Positions 16,218 to 23,266 of a stretch of DNA of 28,876 nt are shown here, in pieces. The translations under genes were made by a program, and so were the position numbers. Position 1 is the first letter of the stretch. Every line of letters begins with the position of its first letter. The notes below the pieces were generated by a model. That model did no database searches. It saw only the letters and a list, made by a program, of their open reading frames with translations, and was not told the DNA's origin. Source of the stretch: Candidatus Omnitrophota bacterium (GTDB lineage Bacteria; Omnitrophota; Gorgyraeia; JACQQV01); contig JBDRBD010000042.1 in assembly GCA_043823025.1 (NCBI GenBank), positions 1 through 28,876 of the forward strand, in the 5' to 3' direction.

Positions 16218-18181
16218 AGAAAATCGCACTTGTCCTTGCCGTTCTCCTCTGCCTGGCAGGAGATTCCAGTGCCTCGGATCCCCGCCAGGCGCAGCAGGTC
16301 TGGATTTATCTTGGGAAGGTGCCTCGTGAAAAGGGGATTCATCTTCTTTCCCCTCCGGCGGAGCTTTTGGAAAAGAAAGGGAAGCGGTGGTGCCGCCGGA
16401 CAGGCGAAGGCCCTTTGCACAAAATCGCGTTTGACGTGGCGGACTCCTTTTTTGAAGAAGTGCCTCCGAAAGTCGCAATCTCCGTCGAATATTTTGACGG
16501 AGGGAAAGATACTTTTGCCACCGTGGCGCGGACCCTTGAAGGCTACCATCGCGTCGGGCGGATTCTTGAAAAAAAGGACTCCCGGACGTGGAAAACCTAC
16601 ACGGCCTTTCTTTCCTATCCGCAGTTTGGTCCGAGGGAAGACCGCATCACCCAGCCCGACCTTTTCGTCAACAACCGCCGGGACGGCAATGAATATGTAA
16701 GGATGCTGCGGGTGCGCATCCCGTATCTTCATCCTGAGACGGAAAAGCTCGGGAACCTGTTTGGTCCTCAGGAAAACGTTCTCCTTCGCGTCAGGTGTTT
16801 GAAACGGGGCGCGGCGGAGAGTTTTGCCCTTCGCTGGGAGGTCCGGGACTGGCAGGAAGCCGTGGTTCGTTCCGGGGAAAACACTTTTGTCGCCTCGCCC
16901 GGTTTCTCCGTCGCCCAAGAAGTCGCGCTGACGGACCTGCCGTTTGGCGCCTACTGCGCGGTCTTTATCTTGAAGCGGGGAGAGACACCCATTGAAGAAG
17001 CGGTGCTTCATTTCGGCGTTGCGAAGCCTGTGGTGTTAAAAGGAGACCCGCAGGCATCTCCTTTCGGCGTCTGCGCCGAGTTCTTGACCCCCTTCGCCGG
17101 GAAGAAAGCCAGACTCCTGAAGGAATCGGGTCTTGTCTGGGCGCGGCAGGTGATTCGCGGCGAAAAAATCTATGCCGGCGAAAAACCTGATTGGAAGGAA
17201 ACGGATGCGGCGATTCAGGCAGCCCGCCGTGAAGGCATTCATCTTTTGGGAACGCTGCTTGGCGCACCGCATGGCGCCGGAAATCTTAAAACGGATGAAA
17301 GCAGAAATGCTTTTGCACGATATGCCGAGGAAGTCGCCAGACGGTATCCCGCCATTCGGCATTGGGAAATTTGGAATGAGCCGGATACCATCGGTTTCTG
17401 GGGAGATCGCGATTGGAAAAGGTATCTGGCCCTGATGAAGACCGTCTATCCGCGGCTCAAAAAGGTTAACTCCTCCTTGACGATTATGAACGGGGGGCTT
17501 GTCGCCGGGAATTTTTGGTACCTGGGGGAGCTCTATCAGGGCGGGATCAAAGGGTTTTTGGACGCGGTGGCCATTCATCCTTATGCGGCGGAACCGGAAA
17601 CCGGGAAGTCGAATCTTGCAAGAAGAATTCAGAATGCCCTTGGGACCCTTCAGAAACAGGACCCGGCCCGGAAACTATGGATTACCGAACTCGGATGGAC
17701 CACCTCGGTCCCCGAAGGCGCGACCCTGAGGGAACAGGCCTCCATTTTAATCAAAGCGGTGACCGTTGCGCTGTCCTATCCCGAAGTTGAAAAGATTTTT
17801 TGGTTCACGTTTGATGATTTGGGAGAAGACCCGGAGGTCGCCGTACAGAATGCAGGGCTGGTGCGGAAGGACCTGTCGCCCAAGCCCTCTTTGATCGCTT
17901 ATCGGCACCTCGTCCAGCGCCTGAGCGGGAAACGCTGTACCGGGAAAGAAGACCTGGGGAAGGCCATTTCTGCGTATCGCTTTGAAGGCGACAAAGAAAT
18001 CGTCCGGATTCTCTGGGCGCAAAAGCCGAACCAGGAAATTCTATTAGCAGGGAAAGACGCGAAACAATTTTTTGACATGATGGGGAACGCCATTTTACCG
18101 GCGCTCCCGCGCCTTTTGCTGGGTCCGGACCCTGTTTTTATGCTTTCAAGTCCCGACGCGCTTCAAGGCGATCACCAGTGA
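16214..18181 (+). CDS. Secreted clan GH-A glycoside hydrolase (GH39/GH5-like) with N-terminal accessory domains
   Basis: Signal peptide MKKIALVLAVLLCLAGDSSA. Acid/base motif WEIWNEPD (17363-17386), DAVAIHPY, nucleophile motif LWITELGW (ITE at 17681-17689), FWFTF. Confidence 0.85.
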   Translation: MKKIALVLAVLLCLAGDSSASDPRQAQQVWIYLGKVPREKGIHLLSPPAELLEKKGKRWCRRTGEGPLHKIAFDVADSFFEEVPPKVAISVEYFDGGKDTFATVARTLEGYHRVGRILEKKDSRTWKTYTAFLSYPQFGPREDRITQPDLFVNNRRDGNEYVRMLRVRIPYLHPETEKLGNLFGPQENVLLRVRCLKRGAAESFALRWEVRDWQEAVVRSGENTFVASPGFSVAQEVALTDLPFGAYCAVFILKRGETPIEEAVLHFGVAKPVVLKGDPQASPFGVCAEFLTPFAGKKARLLKESGLVWARQVIRGEKIYAGEKPDWKETDAAIQAARREGIHLLGTLLGAPHGAGNLKTDESRNAFARYAEEVARRYPAIRHWEIWNEPDTIGFWGDRDWKRYLALMKTVYPRLKKVNSSLTIMNGGLVAGNFWYLGELYQGGIKGFLDAVAIHPYAAEPETGKSNLARRIQNALGTLQKQDPARKLWITELGWTTSVPEGATLREQASILIKAVTVALSYPEVEKIFWFTFDDLGEDPEVAVQNAGLVRKDLSPKPSLIAYRHLVQRLSGKRCTGKEDLGKAISAYRFEGDKEIVRILWAQKPNQEILLAGKDAKQFFDMMGNAILPALPRLLLGPDPVFMLSSPDALQGDHQ

Positions 18182-18862
18182 AGAGATTCCTGTCCCGGGG
18201 AGGCGAAAGGGGAAGCGTTTGGCGAGGGGAAGCAGGAAAGTTGGCATCCGGTTAGGGAAGATGCTGCCGACGGTGGCGGCATGAAGAACCGTTAGCCCTG
18301 CGGCGCGGGAGAGCGCTTCGAGCCTTTTTTGCGAAAAGCGCCAACTGCCGCGCTCGGACCGGTCCAAAAGACCCAGCAGAAATTGTGCGGGGTGATACCA
18401 GTTTGGTTCGAAGAGGATGACGTAGCGCCGGCTGACCCGCGCAAATTCGCTGACGGCCTGAAGGGGATTTTCCAGATGATGAAGAATTTCCCATCCCATC
18501 AGGCAGTCAAAGGAACCGTCCGCGAAGGGAAGGCGGGAGGCATGCGCCTGGAGAAGGAAAGCCGTTTTTTGGGGACATCCGGACAGCATGGCGAAGGAGC
18601 CGTCCACGCCGACGCAAAACGAACACTTTTCCCGGAGAAAATAGAGTGTGTTGCCGTATCCGCATCCCACATCGAGGACGCTTTGGAGCTCGGACCAGCG
18701 GATAAAACGCTCCACATACGCCAGGCGCTGTTGGACGAAAGCGGCCACAACCGGATGGTCCCACTTGCGTCCGTGGGCATGGCGCTCCCAGTAGCGCTGC
18801 TGGTCGCAATCATGGACGGCTGGAATGGCCCGTTTCCTCCCCGAGGGCAAGACGGCGCACAA
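18146..18862 (-). CDS. Class I SAM-dependent methyltransferase (Methyltransf_11-like); start uncertain
   Basis: SVLDVGCGYG, GVDGSFAML, LPFADGSFD, EILHHL, FEPN. The only upstream in-frame starts are TTG (18862/18850); the coupled ATG at 18813 is out of frame. Confidence 0.82.
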   Translation of the reverse strand: MCAVLPSGRKRAIPAVHDCDQQRYWERHAHGRKWDHPVVAAFVQQRLAYVERFIRWSELQSVLDVGCGYGNTLYFLREKCSFCVGVDGSFAMLSGCPQKTAFLLQAHASRLPFADGSFDCLMGWEILHHLENPLQAVSEFARVSRRYVILFEPNWYHPAQFLLGLLDRSERGSWRFSQKRLEALSRAAGLTVLHAATVGSIFPNRMPTFLLPLAKRFPFRLPGTGISSLVIALKRVGT

Positions 18863-19151
18863 TCTGCGTCATCTGCTGTTCCAGTTTCCGGTTCTGGCTG
18901 TAGAGGTAAAAGAGAATCCGGAGGATGATGAGGAGGGCGGTGTAGAGGATAAAATCCGCTCCTCTTCCGATGCCGAAGAAATGAGCGATCGGATAGGTGA
19001 TGTTGGGAAAAAGTGTGATGACAATAATTCCGACGTGGGAAAGCAGAAGAGACGCGAAGAACCAGAAGGTCATCTGGAATTTCCGGCGCCGGGCGACGGC
19101 GTTCAGAACCGTCAGCGTTGCATAGACAACCACGAGGATCTGGAAAATCAT
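18810..19151 (-). CDS. DUF2304 family membrane protein
   Basis: 113 aa with 3 TMs. FFGIGRGADFILY...FYLYSQNRKLEQQMTQIVRRLAL, directly downstream of a DPM-synthase-like GT2 (the typical DUF2304 context). Confidence 0.9.
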   Translation of the reverse strand: MIFQILVVVYATLTVLNAVARRRKFQMTFWFFASLLLSHVGIIVITLFPNITYPIAHFFGIGRGADFILYTALLIILRILFYLYSQNRKLEQQMTQIVRRLALGEETGHSSRP

Positions 19152-19819
19152 TGGATGAGGCTCCTTTCCAAAAGGGACCAGAGAATCCGGAAAAGATTCC
19201 AGGAGCTCTGGCCTTTTCGAAGACTGTACGGGGTATAACGGATGTGGACCGGAACTTCCCGGTATCGCAGCTTTTCCTTCCGGATGATTTCGAAGATCTC
19301 GGAGGCATGCGCCATCCGGTCCATGGTCAATTGTATTTTCAACGCAGCCTCCCGCGAAAACGCACGCGAGCCGTTATGGGTATCCGTGATGGAGAGACCC
19401 GTGGTGAAACGCGTGAAAAACACGGCGGATGCCAGAAGCATGCGGCGGCAGGCGGGCGGTGGACTTCCTTTTTCCAGGAAACGGGAGCCGAGGACAATAT
19501 CCGCTTCGCCGGCCTGGATGGGCGCGAGCAGTTTTTCGATATCCCGGGGATCATGCTGCCCGTCACCGTCAAAGGTGACGATGATTTCAGCGCCCTTTTG
19601 GAGGGCAAACTGGATACCGGTTTGAAGCGCTGCTCCCTGGCCGCGGTTCACCAGATGCCTGAGGGAAAAAACAGGGAGGTCCTGGATTGTCTCAAGGGAG
19701 TTGTCCGTAGAACCGTCGTCGACGGCAACCACGGTAGGATAGAAACCAAGAAGTTCTGAAATCACCTCCCTGAGGACAGGCCCTTCGTTGAAAATGGGGA
19801 CGACAATGAAAACGGTCAT
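19148..19819 (-). CDS. GT2, polyprenol-phosphate sugar synthase (DPM1-like)
   Basis: VVPIFNE, VDDGSTD, HLVNRGQGAALQTG, VTFDGDGQHDP, IVLGSRF, TDTHNGSRAF, MAHASEI, REVPVHIRY. Confidence 0.93.
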   Translation of the reverse strand: MTVFIVVPIFNEGPVLREVISELLGFYPTVVAVDDGSTDNSLETIQDLPVFSLRHLVNRGQGAALQTGIQFALQKGAEIIVTFDGDGQHDPRDIEKLLAPIQAGEADIVLGSRFLEKGSPPPACRRMLLASAVFFTRFTTGLSITDTHNGSRAFSREAALKIQLTMDRMAHASEIFEIIRKEKLRYREVPVHIRYTPYSLRKGQSSWNLFRILWSLLERSLIQ

Positions 19820-19827
19820 GGTGCTCT

Positions 19828-19836
19828 ATTATAACA
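19828..19836 (-). promoter_or_regulatory. Consensus extended -10 (TGTTATAAT) for the inverted cassette; probably leaderless
   Basis: The minus strand reads TGT-TATAAT (19836-19828), then 8 nt (AGAGCACC), then ATG at 19819. Confidence 0.7.
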
Positions 19837-19864
19837 CAACGGGGCTCAGTCGGCCTTCGCTCGC

Positions 19865-21937
19865 ATGAAGGAAAAAATCTTTCTTTTGGTGTGGCTATTG
19901 GGGTGTCTGGTGTTTTTTGCAACACTCGATTCCCAGACACTTCGGTGGGTCTATCCCGCCGTTTCTTTAAAGCCGGTCCTTCTTTTGTGTTTGGGGACGG
20001 GAATCCTTTTTTTGTTTTTCCCAAAAAAGTTTCTGTTGTTACAGCATCCGCTCTTTGTGTTTCCCATCCCGGTTTTGGCCATGACCTTTGTTTTTTTGAT
20101 GAAGTTTCCCCCGGAGCGCTTTTCTTCCATTATTTTTCAGGATGATTTTACCTCTCTTTACGCCGCATCCCTGCGTACGCTTCGGATGATGCGCGAGGGA
20201 ACGCTTTTCGGATGGGATAGCTCCCTCCTCGGCGGTTACCACACGGTCTCCGACTTGAATTTCAATCTCGGGCTTTTTCTCTGGCCCTTTTATCTTTGCT
20301 TCAGCCCCCCGGTCGGATACCACCTTTTTATTTTCTATCTTTACCTCCTTTTTCCGGTGCTCGTCTATTGGCTGGCGCGGCTTCATCATTTTGAAAAGGC
20401 ACAGGCAGCGATCGCCTTCTGGCTCTCCAGTTTTTTTGCGATCAGCTTCTTCCGGAACGTCCTTCTCTGGGGAAATATCGACAATGTCCTCGGGCTGGAT
20501 CTATTCCTCTTGGTTTTGATTTGTCTGAAAAAAAGCGAGAAAAGCCACAGGGCCTTTTTCGCGCTTGCGCTGACAGGGTCACTCCTGGCGTATGCACACC
20601 TCGCTTATTTTGTCTATGCGTTGATTCCCATCCTCTGGTCCGCGTCCCGGCCGCTTCAACCCAAAAGACTTTTCATCTTTTGCCTCGTGGGCGCTACGGT
20701 TTTTCTCGCTGTTTTCCCGTACGCCATTCATTACCTGAAGCATCCCGATTATTTCAATCTCCAGACAAAACGTTTCACGGATGCCCCCGCCGCTTTGGAA
20801 GGGAGGACCGCGCAGTCGTTGAAGCAGTTGTCGTGGTTTGCCAAGGGGAGCCGGTGGTTTACCGCCGGATACGAAGGAGTCCACGGCGGCAATTACGCCG
20901 CCTGTGCTATCCTTTTTGTCCCGGTGCTTCTGTTCTTGTTTTGGCGCGACCCCAAAAGCCGCCTCCTCGTCGGAACGGTCCTTTTCATCCTTCTTTTGCT
21001 TCCGCTCAAAACAGGAATGGGCATCGCGGCCAAGCGCACTTATTTTCTTCTTCCGATCCTTTTGCCGCTTTCGCTGGCTCAGGGACTACGCGTCTTTTCC
21101 AGAAACGGAACTTTGAGCCTTCTCATCGTCGTTCCGAGTCTTTTGTTGGGGACCGTAGGCCTTCCTTCCACAAGTTCCATTTCCCACGTGCCGACCCTGG
21201 CGTCGTTCTTTCCCGGCATTTACCGCCGGCTGGCCGCATGCGACGGACACACCATTCTTTTAGAGACGCAAGCCCTCTGGATCGAAACAGACAAAGGCCA
21301 ACGACCCGAGGCCTTTTCAGGTCCTCATGCCCACCCTGAACTTCTTTTGGCGCTTGAAACCGGAAAACGATTCCTCTCGCACGGAAAGGACGGCTACCCT
21401 TTTTCGGTTTACCGGGAGAATTGCCTCATGTCTGGGATCTGGGCCGGGAAATTTTTGACCGAGTTTCCCGTGACAACGGTCAATGCGTTTCTTGAAAAAT
21501 GGGGCGTGCGTTATGCAGTCGTCTGGAGTTCCGTCGCAAAACGCTTCTTTTCCGGAAACCCCGCCTATTACGAAAGCGTGTTTCGGGAGGGACCGTGGGA
21601 GATCTTTCGCTTCAAGGAGGCGGATCCCGCTTCTTTGGTGCTTCCTCACGGGGAAGGCAGAGTCGATTTTTCTTCTTATACGCACATCACCCTTTCCCTG
21701 AAGGGGGTCCGCCGAGGCGATGAGGCGGTCCTCCGGATGAACTATTTTCCCGATTTTGATGCCGTAAGCGATGGGAAACCCCTTGCGCTTTATTCCAAAG
21801 AAGGCCAGATTGCCTTCAAAATACCCTGCGATGATTTTTGTACCGTTGTGTTGCGTTACCCCCGCTACACGGTCCTTTACCTTTTGGGCCTTTTGGGGCT
21901 TTTGCTTCTTGCAATCCTTGTTTGGAGGGAGACGTGA
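19865..21937 (+). CDS. Multi-pass membrane protein, probable GT-C superfamily (PTPS-related/YfhO-like)
   Basis: FQDDFTSLY acidic loop, GWDSSLLGGYH, many TMs, a large extracytoplasmic domain (LEKWGVRYAVV, RMNYFPDF) and a C-terminal TM. Confidence 0.6.
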   Translation: MKEKIFLLVWLLGCLVFFATLDSQTLRWVYPAVSLKPVLLLCLGTGILFLFFPKKFLLLQHPLFVFPIPVLAMTFVFLMKFPPERFSSIIFQDDFTSLYAASLRTLRMMREGTLFGWDSSLLGGYHTVSDLNFNLGLFLWPFYLCFSPPVGYHLFIFYLYLLFPVLVYWLARLHHFEKAQAAIAFWLSSFFAISFFRNVLLWGNIDNVLGLDLFLLVLICLKKSEKSHRAFFALALTGSLLAYAHLAYFVYALIPILWSASRPLQPKRLFIFCLVGATVFLAVFPYAIHYLKHPDYFNLQTKRFTDAPAALEGRTAQSLKQLSWFAKGSRWFTAGYEGVHGGNYAACAILFVPVLLFLFWRDPKSRLLVGTVLFILLLLPLKTGMGIAAKRTYFLLPILLPLSLAQGLRVFSRNGTLSLLIVVPSLLLGTVGLPSTSSISHVPTLASFFPGIYRRLAACDGHTILLETQALWIETDKGQRPEAFSGPHAHPELLLALETGKRFLSHGKDGYPFSVYRENCLMSGIWAGKFLTEFPVTTVNAFLEKWGVRYAVVWSSVAKRFFSGNPAYYESVFREGPWEIFRFKEADPASLVLPHGEGRVDFSSYTHITLSLKGVRRGDEAVLRMNYFPDFDAVSDGKPLALYSKEGQIAFKIPCDDFCTVVLRYPRYTVLYLLGLLGLLLLAILVWRET

Positions 21938-23181
21938 AAAAACCGCTTTTCTGGATTTTTGTCCTCGGTTTTTCACTCCGCGCGGCCGTCGTTCTCAGCG
22001 GCGTCGGATTCGACAGGGACCTCGCGTTTTTTGACGCGCGGGATTATGACCAGCATGCGCTTCATTTTCTGAGGGGAGAAGGACTCACCAATGGTCACAC
22101 CTGGGCGAGCCGGCTCCCGCTTTACCCCATTTTTTTGGCGGCTGTTTACAGGATGTTCGGACATTCGTATCTTGCCGTGAGACTGATCCAATCCCTCTTG
22201 GGCGCACTCGCAATCCTTTTGGCCTACGGCATCTTCCGGAAAAGTTTTTCAAGAAAAGTGAGTCTGTGGGCTTCTTTTCTTGGGGCCATTCATCCGCTTC
22301 TGATACGCTATGCCGGCAATATCCTTTCGGAAACGCTCTCTTTATTTCTTCTTTCAGTTTTTTTGTGGGTTTTCCTTTATCAAAAAGGATGGCGGCGCTT
22401 CTGGGGCGGAGGGGCGTTATTCGGTGTCCTGCTTTTATGCCGCGCCTCGATGGTCTTTTTTCTTCCCCTCGTCCTGCTTCATCTGTGCCGCGAGGGAAAA
22501 GGGAAGCCCGTGAGGGCACTCGTGGGGTTCATCCTCTCGGTGATGCTGGTCATGTCGCCGTGGGTGATCCGCAATTATCGATTGCTTCATGAGTTTGTCC
22601 CCTTGACGACCAACGGAGGGACGACATTTTGGGACGCCAACAATCCGGAGAGTCTCCGCGATACCGCAAAAACAGGGATTGCCTCCCAATGGGTAATGCC
22701 GGGAAAAGTGGTAAAACAAGAAGAGAACGGAGAAATACTTCTTTCCGAGGTAGAAGGGGATCGCTATCTTTACAAAAAAGGTCTTTTATTTTGGAGAGAA
22801 CTTTTAAGAGAACGCCCCTTATCGCTGGGTTACCTTTTCCTGCGAAAGTTTCTGGCCGCCTTCAGTCTGCACGGCGGAGAGGGGCTGGCGGCGCTCTTGG
22901 GATCTATTGCATTGTATCTGGTCTTCCTTCCCTGGGGTCTTCTCCGGAGTAGGTACTTGGAAAAGGCCCCGACACTTTTGTATAGCGTCATTCTCCAGTA
23001 CGTGGTCTGTTCCCTTGTTTTCTTTGGGCGGGCAAAATACCGGGTGGTCATTGAGCCCTACCTCATCGCCTTCATCCTGTTGGGGGCCTTAGAATTTATT
23101 GGGGTTCTGGGGAGGATATCTCGCAACAACCCTCGAACCAAAGCCCTTCGACGCGCTTCGCTTGCTCAGGGCGAGTGGTGA
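21934..23181 (+). CDS. GT-C (ArnT/PMT-like, GT39 family) membrane glycosyltransferase
   Basis: GTGA overlap with GGAGGGA SD. FDARDYDQHA, SRLPLYPIFLA, ILSETL, LCRA, SPWVIRNY, TNGGTTFWDANNP, RAKYRVVIEPYL. Confidence 0.85.
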   Translation: MKKPLFWIFVLGFSLRAAVVLSGVGFDRDLAFFDARDYDQHALHFLRGEGLTNGHTWASRLPLYPIFLAAVYRMFGHSYLAVRLIQSLLGALAILLAYGIFRKSFSRKVSLWASFLGAIHPLLIRYAGNILSETLSLFLLSVFLWVFLYQKGWRRFWGGGALFGVLLLCRASMVFFLPLVLLHLCREGKGKPVRALVGFILSVMLVMSPWVIRNYRLLHEFVPLTTNGGTTFWDANNPESLRDTAKTGIASQWVMPGKVVKQEENGEILLSEVEGDRYLYKKGLLFWRELLRERPLSLGYLFLRKFLAAFSLHGGEGLAALLGSIALYLVFLPWGLLRSRYLEKAPTLLYSVILQYVVCSLVFFGRAKYRVVIEPYLIAFILLGALEFIGVLGRISRNNPRTKALRRASLAQGEW

Positions 23182-23209
23182 GCAAAGTCGAACCACAGCC
23201 CCCGCTTCA

Positions 23210-23238
23210 TTGACAAAAGAAAATAAATGCATTATAAT
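23210..23238 (+). promoter_or_regulatory. Perfect-consensus sigma70 promoter
   Basis: TTGACA (23210-23215), 17 nt, TATAAT (23233-23238), with an A-rich spacer. Confidence 0.9.
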
Positions 23239-23266
23239 CTTATTGTTAAAACTCCCTCCAAATAAA

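Noticed and set aside
18146-19864. Phase-variable invertible segment hypothesis for the minus-strand cassette
   Set aside because: I found no inverted repeats at the junctions and no recombinase gene in the window.
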